Below are positions 15,289-24,300 of a DNA stretch of 32,000 bases, piece by piece. The notes beneath the pieces are model-generated. The model was not told the origin of the DNA and did no database searches. It saw nothing but the letters and a program-made list of their open reading frames with translations. Position 1 is the stretch's first letter. Each line of letters starts with the position of its first letter. The position numbers and the translations under genes are program-made. This DNA comes from an uncultured Muribaculaceae bacterium. GTDB lineage: Bacteria > Pseudomonadota > Alphaproteobacteria > Rs-D84. Where the stretch lies: the NCBI GenBank assembly GCA_965231035.1, contig OZ246409.1:121101-153100 (forward strand). The letters run 5' to 3'.

Positions 15289-15702
15289 ATGAGTGGAAAG
15301 GTTTTTATACCCACATCTATAGACGAACATATCGGACAACGTATGCAATTGCGCCGCAACATGATGGGACTTTCTCAGAAAGACCTGGCGCAGATATGCG
15401 GTGTTACATTTCAACAAATTCAAAAATACGAAGCTGCTGAAAATAGAATCTCGGCATCGCGACTGTTTGATGTCAGTGCAGCTTTGGAAACTCCTGTCTC
15501 TTTTTTCTTTTCTGGACTGCCAGGGAATATGCCTGAAGAAACACGAACGAACAGGTCTATGCGTATTTCAGAACAAAAGAAAGAAGACCCGTTGGGCAAA
15601 AATGAATCCTTGTTATTGATAAATTTATATTGGAAACTGCCGAACGATGATCAAAGAAAAATCGTTATGAAAATGTTAAAAAGTTTGAACGGTACAGAAT
15701 AA
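15289..15702 (+). CDS. XRE-family helix-turn-helix transcriptional regulator
   Basis: The 137-aa ORF has the HTH region LRRNMMGLSQKDLAQICGVTFQQIQKYEAAENRISASRL. A strong RBS, AAGGAGAGG, lies 6 nt upstream of the ATG. Confidence 0.88.
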   Translation: MSGKVFIPTSIDEHIGQRMQLRRNMMGLSQKDLAQICGVTFQQIQKYEAAENRISASRLFDVSAALETPVSFFFSGLPGNMPEETRTNRSMRISEQKKEDPLGKNESLLLINLYWKLPNDDQRKIVMKMLKSLNGTE

Positions 15703-15716
15703 AAAAATAATTAAAT

Positions 15717-15749
15717 AAAAAAAGACCCAAAATTGGGTCTTTTTTTTTA
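15717..15749. terminator. Bidirectional intrinsic terminator (XRE gene on +, Cys-rich operon on -)
   Basis: The sequence aaaaaaagaccc-aaaatt-gggtcttttttttt has long A and T runs on both sides. Confidence 0.8.
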
Positions 15750-16991
15750 TTCTAAAGGATTCAAAACTTGAAGTTTTAACTTTTCTTTATCAGACTTAAC
15801 AACAGCTGTAGTTATACCCGTTGTTGTATCAATTGTTGTAGCTGTTGTCAAAGTATCTGAACCTAAGGTACATTTTTTATAATCCGATGGATTTACCAAA
15901 ATCCAACATTGCTTAGTCAAATCAGACACTGTATTTTTTGTTTTACTTTTACCATATTGTAAGTCTACTTTAGTATATGCTGATGCAGTTTTACAAGAAC
16001 TTGTAACTTTATCAAAATATTGCCCCGTTTGACACTGAACACATAACCCGTTAATCTTGCTTACACCACCTTTGATACTGACACTGCAATCTACACAAGA
16101 ATAATCATTTAATTTTGCAAAAGCTTTTGTTGCATCTGTACAGAAAAACTTAGCACATCCAGACGATTGTTCTAAAGAATGTATAGCACTGCTGTAACCA
16201 GTCTTTGCAAAACCATCACAAAACTTAGTATTCTGTGTAGCACAAATATCTTCGCTTATTGCAATACAATCTGTACTATCAGAATTAGCTTTATATCCAT
16301 TTGCGCACAAAAGCTTCTGTGTTCCAGCAACAGTTCCAACCGCAGAAACATATGAATGCGCAGAATCCCAACCGGATCTTCCACAAGTTACCTTGACAGG
16401 TCCAACAACAACTCCATGCTGTCCAAATTTTAAAATCCCAAGCAAAACATCTGATTCAGGATCATCACCAAATTGATCAAATCCAGAAACTTCACTTTCT
16501 TTTCCATTTGAACTACCACCAGACGTCTTAAGGCTTAATCCACCAAATTTTTGGCCAGCTGATATTCCATAAATCTTTGTATCACAAACAGACGGGCTGG
16601 TACTTTGTGACAAACAATTCATACCTCCATATCCAGGTTCACATATCCAGGAACACCCTACGGTGCCAGATCCATTTGGATAATAATAATTAGTCCAAGA
16701 ATGTCTTTTTCTATTAGTGTTTTCACATTGAATTTGGTACGGGCAAAAATATCCACCATGTTCAACTATCTTCTGTGCAACCATTCCAGCAATAGCCCAT
16801 TCATCATCAAAAGTACCGTGTATACCACCCATACCAAGAGATCCTGCAATCATAAAATCACCCGCAGAACCGTTAGAATCACGGCTGCTGTATCCCCACC
16901 AACTGCGCGCACCAGACAAGACATTTATTGCGTTTGCAGGTAATGCAAAAGTCAAAGATGTTAATAAAATTACAATCAGTTTGTTTTTCAT
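15747..16991 (-). CDS. Secreted cysteine-rich protein (414 aa, 20 Cys), unknown family, with an EGF-like half-signature
   Basis: I moved the start to the ATG at 16991 (MKNKLIVILLTSLTFALPANA signal peptide), because the track start overlaps the upstream gene. It contains CSWICEPGYGGMNC and CVDCSVSIKGGVSKINGLCVQCQTGQYFDKVTSSC. The C-terminal tail is Thr-rich. Confidence 0.75.
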   Translation of the reverse strand: MKNKLIVILLTSLTFALPANAINVLSGARSWWGYSSRDSNGSAGDFMIAGSLGMGGIHGTFDDEWAIAGMVAQKIVEHGGYFCPYQIQCENTNRKRHSWTNYYYPNGSGTVGCSWICEPGYGGMNCLSQSTSPSVCDTKIYGISAGQKFGGLSLKTSGGSSNGKESEVSGFDQFGDDPESDVLLGILKFGQHGVVVGPVKVTCGRSGWDSAHSYVSAVGTVAGTQKLLCANGYKANSDSTDCIAISEDICATQNTKFCDGFAKTGYSSAIHSLEQSSGCAKFFCTDATKAFAKLNDYSCVDCSVSIKGGVSKINGLCVQCQTGQYFDKVTSSCKTASAYTKVDLQYGKSKTKNTVSDLTKQCWILVNPSDYKKCTLGSDTLTTATTIDTTTGITTAVVKSDKEKLKLQVLNPLE

Positions 16992-17002
16992 TTCTTTATC
17001 TT

Positions 17003-19255
17003 TTACTGTATCACATAGCAAACGCCGTTTTCGTAATAACCATTTCCTAATAAAGTACATTTTGATTCATACCAGCTGTCAACAAATACACATTCATCTT
17101 TAGCTTGATCATATGTTGCGACAACAGCACTATCTGTATTATTTGCTAAACAACGAACCATGACATCATTTTGAACACAGCGACCCCAATCATTATTACC
17201 ATTATTACCACCATAAACATTGCTGTAGAAAGATTTTAACGGTGTTCCATTGCTGTTATCTGAATTTTGCCAGAATCCATCCAGATCTTCACATATTGTT
17301 GACATTTGATAATCCAACTGTTCAGCAATATCACTTATTATCTTGTCTCTTACTTCTCCTACAAGATTTTCATCAAATTCTTTGGTTGTTGGATCAGCAC
17401 AATAAGTGTTCGCACGGGTATTAAGAATATCTTTTAGTTCTGATTTTGTCCTGGTGCGGCAAGAATAAGGATACTTTTGATCCCCAGCAGTAGGAGTACA
17501 AACATCTTTGATATAATTTGTAAGAGAAGTTTCACAACCTTCGGCAACTTTGACATTGTCAACCGTGCCGACAAAAGTTAACAAGGCTGTTAAACCACAC
17601 TGAGTATTTTTTAATTTGCCATTGCTATCAAATTCACATTTTACATCATTAGGACCAGCATAAAGCGCAGCACACGCCGCAACCTTGTCCGCACACATTG
17701 TCCGTGCAGCATAGGCATTCAAAGCACCTGTGGCCTGTGCACTTGTGGTATCAAAGCTTGCCAATGCACCAGATTGAGTATCATAACACGCCTTCATTGT
17801 GCTAACACAACTATTCTTTACTTCCTCGATTTTCGTATCTTGGGCTTGTGCAATTTCAATCATCGCACTGCGCTTAAATTCATCCCAAACTACTGTCGCT
17901 TTGTCACTACAAGTATCTAAAGCCTTTTGTGCAAACATTTTTTTATCATCCAAGAATTTACTAAATTTCGGATTTGCAGATACAACATCACCGCTTTTTA
18001 TATTCAAATTTAAAATATTGCTTAGTTCAAACAACTGTGGTGAATATATAGGGTCCCCAGTATTAACATTTATATAACTGCCGGTATAATCCAAACATTT
18101 TTTATAATTTGCACCGCAAGCTGTATCAGCAGTAATTGTCGTTTTTACATTTGTTATACATGAATTAACATCTGCAGAATTCTTGGAACGATATTCCTCT
18201 AATCTTGCTTCACGCAAAATCTTTTCTGCTTCGTTTACTGTTTTTTGGACAGCTTGCTTCTGGGTATCTATATTTTTTTTGTAAGCATTACAGTCCTGGG
18301 TAATCAGAATACCATAAGAACTTTTTGCCATTGTTGTAACAGCGTTATTTTCACAAGAATCTTTTACCAACTGCAAACATTGTTTGTCAGCAGCCGAATA
18401 CAATTCTGCACCTTCTAAAGAGCTAAGATCTTGTGCAGATCCTGAACCGAACACAGAGCCAGAATTATTATCGCCCCAAATATTGCCAATATCAGAACTG
18501 AAATCCAAAGAAGCTGTTGACAATTTAGTTGTGGTTTTTGCCTTTTTATTACCAGATAACAAATCTCCTATTTCTGATAACACACTTGCAGCGGCACTGG
18601 TATCATTTTTTATAGCTTCTTCACCAACAGTTGCAGAATACATAGCATTAACTTCGGCTGCAGTTTTATCAATTGCATTCAAGTTATTATCTTGGAATTG
18701 CATCAACAATGTTTTTGCCTGGGTCAGGGCAGATTCAGTATCACGAAATTCGGATATCTTTGCATTACAATAACAACGACGATAAGTATCATTTGATTTT
18801 GCACAGAATTGATCCATACAGGTATTATAAGCCTCGCGACAAGAGGCATAACCACCACCAATTTTTGAAACATCGTCATAAATCGCTGTTGCACGCGAAG
18901 CTGCGGCACGTGAAACGGTTCCCGATTGTATAGAAGCGGACCTTGAATTCAAAGGAGTTACCGTAGAACGAATAGTTGCAGATCTTGAAACAATGCTGTC
19001 TGATCTATTACCAACAACTACATTTTGTCTTGCAGCAGCCCTGGTTGTCACAACACCTTGCAGAGCACCCCTGGATACAGTCGAACGTCTGACGATTTCT
19101 TTTGAATTATCGCCACGTTGGGAAACAGTTACTGAATTATTAAACCCACCTGAACGTGGATTTGGTGCTTGGGTTGCAAAAGAGCCGCCATTAAAGCAGG
19201 TTACAAAAGTAGCAAATGTAAGATATCCTACAAAATTAGACAGTTTTATTTTCAA
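17003..19255 (-). CDS. Secreted cysteine-rich protein (750 aa, 28 Cys in the mature chain), unknown family
   Basis: It has a TTG start (19255-19253) after AGGAAAGAG, and there is no in-frame ATG nearby. The signal peptide is KIKLSNFVGYLTFATFVTCFNGGSFA. An Arg/Ser/Thr/Val-rich segment of about 95 aa follows, then Cys-rich helical-looking regions (CREAYNTCMDQFC...RRCYC). Confidence 0.75.
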   Translation of the reverse strand: MKIKLSNFVGYLTFATFVTCFNGGSFATQAPNPRSGGFNNSVTVSQRGDNSKEIVRRSTVSRGALQGVVTTRAAARQNVVVGNRSDSIVSRSATIRSTVTPLNSRSASIQSGTVSRAAASRATAIYDDVSKIGGGYASCREAYNTCMDQFCAKSNDTYRRCYCNAKISEFRDTESALTQAKTLLMQFQDNNLNAIDKTAAEVNAMYSATVGEEAIKNDTSAAASVLSEIGDLLSGNKKAKTTTKLSTASLDFSSDIGNIWGDNNSGSVFGSGSAQDLSSLEGAELYSAADKQCLQLVKDSCENNAVTTMAKSSYGILITQDCNAYKKNIDTQKQAVQKTVNEAEKILREARLEEYRSKNSADVNSCITNVKTTITADTACGANYKKCLDYTGSYINVNTGDPIYSPQLFELSNILNLNIKSGDVVSANPKFSKFLDDKKMFAQKALDTCSDKATVVWDEFKRSAMIEIAQAQDTKIEEVKNSCVSTMKACYDTQSGALASFDTTSAQATGALNAYAARTMCADKVAACAALYAGPNDVKCEFDSNGKLKNTQCGLTALLTFVGTVDNVKVAEGCETSLTNYIKDVCTPTAGDQKYPYSCRTRTKSELKDILNTRANTYCADPTTKEFDENLVGEVRDKIISDIAEQLDYQMSTICEDLDGFWQNSDNSNGTPLKSFYSNVYGGNNGNNDWGRCVQNDVMVRCLANNTDSAVVATYDQAKDECVFVDSWYESKCTLLGNGYYENGVCYVIQ

Positions 19256-19276
19256 AACTTTACTCTTTCCTGCTTT

Positions 19277-19306
19277 ATTTTATCATTTTTGTTTGTAGTC
19301 AATCAA
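19277..19306 (-). promoter_or_regulatory. Candidate promoter of the Cys-rich two-gene operon
   Basis: On the minus strand there is TTGATT (19306-19301), an 18-nt spacer, and an extended -10, TGaTAAAAT (-10 at 19282-19277). Confidence 0.5.
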
Positions 19307-19314
19307 TACCAAAT

Positions 19315-19896
19315 TTACTCGATACAACAATTTACAGCATTTTTAACCCATTCGCCCAAACGCTTTACCGTAGATTTATGTTCTGTGCCAACTGATTTTT
19401 CAGATTTATCTGATTTTTCTTGGTTGTTCAAAGCAACTCCACAAACCTCTGGTTCTATTTTTTTAACACCTGCAACATTTATCAAATCCATGTTTATTCC
19501 CCAAAACAGAGAATACAAATCGTATGCTTTATTAAACAATTCATAAGCATCTTCTTTTTTACCAGCTGCATTTGCTTTGGTTCCAACTTCCATCAATCTC
19601 ATAGATGCGGCCAAAAGGTGTTTGGAAATACACCAAACTTCACCAGTTTCCGCTGTTGATTTTTTAACAATGCGTTCCATCAATTCCTTACGCATATCAC
19701 GAACAGTGTTAATCAAATCGTAAAATCCAGTTTTTCCTGTCTTTCCACCACTGAAAAAGAAATGTTCTTCCAACGAAATCAAATTCATTAACGCAATTGA
19801 TAAATCCTGATCAGAAGATAAATCCAGCGGATTCGCTTTTTTGGCGGTATCCATTTTTTTAATCATTTCTTCCATTGATAATTTTTTTTCTGTCAT
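19315..19896 (-). CDS. Hypothetical cytoplasmic-looking protein (193 aa) ending in CCIE
   Basis: The ORF has no signal peptide. The segments DLSIALMNLISLEEHFFF and EVWCISKHLLAASMRLMEVG look conserved, but I cannot name a family. It sits 15 nt downstream of the CXXC membrane protein gene. Confidence 0.6.
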   Translation of the reverse strand: MTEKKLSMEEMIKKMDTAKKANPLDLSSDQDLSIALMNLISLEEHFFFSGGKTGKTGFYDLINTVRDMRKELMERIVKKSTAETGEVWCISKHLLAASMRLMEVGTKANAAGKKEDAYELFNKAYDLYSLFWGINMDLINVAGVKKIEPEVCGVALNNQEKSDKSEKSVGTEHKSTVKRLGEWVKNAVNCCIE

Positions 19897-19911
19897 AATA
19901 TCTTCCTTTGA

Positions 19912-20412
19912 TTACAAATAAATTATTGCTGAGAATATCGCAGTTGCGACCAACAAAAACGACAATGGCACAATAACTTTTTGAAATGCAAATTTTGCAT
20001 GACCATCATTGTTTTTCTTTATTTTAGCATACCAGCGAGCCCCAAAATAAAAAGCAACAGTGCCAACAATTGTTCCCAACATAAACTTATCCATACCCCA
20101 CAATCTGTTTGCTCCAAATTTAATACCTGGCATCAAGTAAACCCCCGCCAGTAAAACATAATAAAAAACAAAAGGAACAATGATTTGCCACAACACGCTG
20201 TTTACACCACGTTTTTTTAACCATCCTGCGGTCCAAAAGAATACAGAAAGCATCAAACCACCCGCCCAAATTCCAGTGATTACATCATCAACACCAATCA
20301 GTCTGGCACCTTCCAATCCTGCACCAACTGCAACTGTGCAAACTGGGCAAACCGCATATGCCGCAGGTATAAATAACAAAGCACAAACAATAAATAACAA
20401 ATATTTTCTCAT
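19912..20412 (-). CDS. Polytopic membrane protein with an N-terminal CPVC (CXXC) motif
   Basis: The 166-aa ORF has a signal-like N-terminus, MRKYLLFIVCALLFIPAAYA, followed immediately by VCPVCTVAVGAG (motif at 20338-20349). About four further hydrophobic helices follow. Confidence 0.65.
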   Translation of the reverse strand: MRKYLLFIVCALLFIPAAYAVCPVCTVAVGAGLEGARLIGVDDVITGIWAGGLMLSVFFWTAGWLKKRGVNSVLWQIIVPFVFYYVLLAGVYLMPGIKFGANRLWGMDKFMLGTIVGTVAFYFGARWYAKIKKNNDGHAKFAFQKVIVPLSFLLVATAIFSAIIYL

Positions 20413-20466
20413 TAAACTTTCCTTTTTATTATCACTTTGAATCCTAGCGAAAAATCAATCAGTTGG

Positions 20467-21315
20467 TCAATATGATTTTACGACTGCCCGCATATGTGCC
20501 GAACGCGCACGTGGATTAGCTTCCAATTCTTTACTATCAGGGACAGAAGCCTTTAATAATTTGAACTTTGGTTCTTCAACGGTGGGCATTCTGGGGTCGC
20601 CAATTGCTGATGTCCATTCGCGAAACTTGTTTTTTACCAATCTGTCTTCCAAAGAATGAAAAGTTACACAAACACAAATTCCACCAGGAGACAGCAGGGC
20701 GGGTACAAATTCCAATGCACTTTCTATTTCCCCCAGTTCATCATTTACCGCAATACGCAAAGCTTGAAATACCGGTGCAACATCTTTTGGATTATAAATT
20801 AAATCACGTAATTCAAAAGTTGTCTGTGGCAATTTTTCTTTCATTGCGATTGCGATTGGTTTTGCTTTTTTAACATCGCCATAATCCCGCAGGATTTTTG
20901 TCAGTTCTTCAACACTGGAGTTTTTTATCAAATCACTTGCACTGGCACCAGTTCCCATACGCATATCCAGCGGTCCATCAAAACGAAAAGAAAATCCACG
21001 ATACGGTTCATCAATCTGCATCGAAGAAACCCCAAAATCAAAAACAATTGCATCAATCTTTCTACCATTAAGCCCATTAATTGATGAAAAAGGCTGATTT
21101 ACAAATTCAAAATGACTTCCGTATTCTGACTTTAATTTTTCTGCATCTGGAATAACATTCGCATCACGATCAAATGCAATTACATTTGCACCGCATTCCA
21201 AAAAAGCCCGAGTATAACCACCAGCACCAAAAGTGCAATCCACAACCGTCAGCCCGCGAATATCACCCAATGTTTCCAACACACTATTCAAAAGCACAGG
21301 TATGTGTTTCATCAT
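20467..21315 (-). CDS. rsmH: 16S rRNA (cytosine1402-N4)-methyltransferase RsmH (MraW)
   Basis: The 282-aa ORF contains HIPVLL, DCTFGAGGY, FDFGVSSMQID and FHSLEDR motifs. Its start overlaps the dnaE stop (ATGATGA). Confidence 0.92.
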   Translation of the reverse strand: MMKHIPVLLNSVLETLGDIRGLTVVDCTFGAGGYTRAFLECGANVIAFDRDANVIPDAEKLKSEYGSHFEFVNQPFSSINGLNGRKIDAIVFDFGVSSMQIDEPYRGFSFRFDGPLDMRMGTGASASDLIKNSSVEELTKILRDYGDVKKAKPIAIAMKEKLPQTTFELRDLIYNPKDVAPVFQALRIAVNDELGEIESALEFVPALLSPGGICVCVTFHSLEDRLVKNKFREWTSAIGDPRMPTVEEPKFKLLKASVPDSKELEANPRARSAHMRAVVKSY

Positions 21316-24300
21316 TCTATTTCAACCTTAATCCCAAAGCCTGACAAATCTGTTGCAGTGGTGGTGGATAATTCAACCATTTTGGGCAGAGACAATGTTG
21401 CAACTTTGTCACCGGTATAAATATTCAATTCAACTTTCGTATTACCACGCGGTAATGAATCTAAAATCTTTTTAACATCTGTTAAAGTCGATTGATCCTT
21501 GATTTCCAATGTCATTTTTTTTGCAATCTTGGCAACCCACGCAGTTAATGGAATTATATTATCAACAAAAACAGAAACCTGGGTGTCGCGATTGCTTGTT
21601 TTACCAGAAATTAAAACAACGCTTTCTTTGGATAAAATCTGGGCAAATTCAAAAGCACTGTCACCAAAAGCAACTGCATCAATATTTCCAAAACTGTCAG
21701 ACGCATTTATTGTAATCATATCTTTGCCGGTTTTGGTTCTGCGTCTGGAATAAGAATTAACGTTGGCCGCAATTTGCACAGGCTTTTTATCGCCTAATTT
21801 TTCAATTGTATTACTGGTCGCTAATTTTGCGCGCGAAATTATATTTTTATATTGATCCAAAGGATGTGCAGAAATATAAAATCCCAAAGCTGATAATTCA
21901 TTTGCCAATTTTTCACCAAAGCTCCATGCGGGGGTTTTTGATAAATTTTTCAACAAACGATTTTCTGAAACATCATCTTCAATTGTGTTTGCAAATAATG
22001 ATAAAGAATTAGAAAACTCTTTTGATTTCGAAGCATAAGATAAAATTGTATCTGCATTCATAAATACCTTGGCGCGATTAGGTTCCAATGAATCCAAAAC
22101 ACCAACGCGTGCAAATGATTCCAATATTCTTTTATTCATAATTCCAGCACAGCGTTTTGCAAAGTCAGTCAAATTTTTAAATTTTCCATGACGGTTACGT
22201 TCTGCGATAATTAAATCAGTTGCCGCAGCACCAACACCTTTTAATGCTGCCAAGCCATAAATTATTTTTCCATCACGAACGGTAAACAATGATTCACTCT
22301 CGTTTATATCTGGAGCAATAATTGGAATTTTAAAATTCGCACGTGCGTCTTCAAAGAACACCGCCAGTTGATCTGTGTCATTCAAGTTACTGGACATTGA
22401 AGCCGCCAAAAATTCCGCAGGATAATTTGCTTTCAGATAAGCACACTGATTTGCAATAACCGAATAAGCAATTGCATGTGATTTGTTAAACGCATACTTT
22501 GCAAATTCTTTGAATTTTTCCCACAAATTTTTTGCCGTGGGTGCATCCAAAGTTTTTTCACGCGCGCAACCGTCTAAGAATTTAACCTCTAATTCATCCA
22601 TCATCTTGGCAATTTTTTTACCCATTGCCTTGCGCACGTTGTCAGATTCACCGCGTGTAAATCCCGCCAAAACACGGGTCAGCTGCATAACCTGTTCTTG
22701 GTAAACAATAATTCCGTATGTTTCCTTTAATACTGGTTCAGCTTTTGGGTGAACATATTCGACCTTTTCATCACCATGCATACGCGCGATAAATTGTGGA
22801 ATAAATGCAATAGGGCCAGGGCGATTCAAAGCATTCAACGCAGATATTTCCAAAAAGTTTGTTGGCTTCATTTTTCGCAAAGTCTGTTGAATGAATTGAG
22901 CATCAAACTGGAATATGCCTTCGGTTAATCCGGACTGCCACAATTTCATAGTCTTTGGATCATCTGTTGGAATCTTATTCAAATTAATATTTATCCCGCG
23001 CGTTTGGCGTATCAAATTGATTGTATATTTTAAAATTGATAATGTTTCCAATCCCAAAAAGTCAAATTTTATTAATCCGGTTGCCTCTAAATAATGTCCG
23101 TCAAACTGTGATGATGGAACCGCATTGCCTGGATCACGATACACAGGTGCAATGCAAGTAGTAGGGCGGTCACCAATAACAACACCACATGCATGCTGTC
23201 CCAAATTTCGCAACGAACCTTCTAATTCTGTTGCAACATCGACAACCTTTTTCATATCTGAATCAGTTTGAATTACATCTTGAATTTCATAAGAATCGTC
23301 AACAGCAGCCTTTAATGTTTTTGCGTCGTTTGGTATTAATTTTGATAAACGATCTGATTTAGAATATGGGATTCCATAAACACGACCAATGTCGCGAATT
23401 GCACCACGTGCCTGTAAGCTGCCAAAAGTAATTATTCTGCAAACTGAATCATTACCATATTTTTGACGAACATAATTTATAACACGTTCTTGACCAACCG
23501 GTTCAAAATCAATATCAAAATCAGGCATTGAAATACGGTCTGGATTCAAAAAGCGTTCAAACAGCAATCCATATTTCAAAGGATCTACACTGGTAATTCC
23601 CAAAGACCATGCAACAATTGATCCCGCACCAGATCCACGTCCCGGTCCAACCAAAATATCATTATGACGACACCATTCAATATAATCCGCAACGATTAAG
23701 AAATATCCAGGAAAACCCATATTTATGATTGTCTGTAATTCGAATTCCGCTTGGTCATAATAAGGTTTTGTATCTGTAACACCTGCTTGTTCCAAACACT
23801 TTGCCAAACCCGTCATTGTTCCATCGCGAAGCAATTTACACTCTTGCTCGAAATTATCTGCAAATTTTGGCAGCAAAGGTTTTTCACGAACATTAACCAT
23901 AAAAGCACAACGTTGGGCAATTTTATTTGTGTTTTCTATTGCCTCGGGCAAATCAGAAAATAAATCTGACATTTCTTCGATCGATTTGAAATATTGTTCC
24001 GAAGATTTACGCGAACGCTCTGGATCTATTACTTTGGTCTGAGACAGAACACAACTCATTGCGTCTTCGGCTTCATAATTTTCAGGGTTTGCAAAACAAA
24101 CGTCATTTGTTGCGACAATTGGAATATTTAATTTTTGTGCTATTGCCAAGAAAACCGGCTCGGTCTTGATTTCTGCACCTAATCCATGCCTTTGAATTTC
24201 AATATAAAAACGATTACCAAATATTTTCAAAAGTTTAGATGCATAAGATTTTGCAGAATCATTTTGATCATTCAATATTGCCATTCCCAATGGACCAGTA

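Noticed and set aside
16992-17060. N-terminal extension of the 414-aa Cys-rich protein
   Set aside because: It overlaps the 3' end of the upstream 750-aa gene. The internal ATG at 16991 gives a canonical signal peptide and has an AAAGA-type RBS region.
19169-19546. A 125-aa plus-strand ORF spanning the spacer between the 193-aa gene and the 750-aa gene
   Set aside because: It is antisense to two better-supported minus-strand genes, crosses their promoter region, and has a hydrophobic low-complexity translation.
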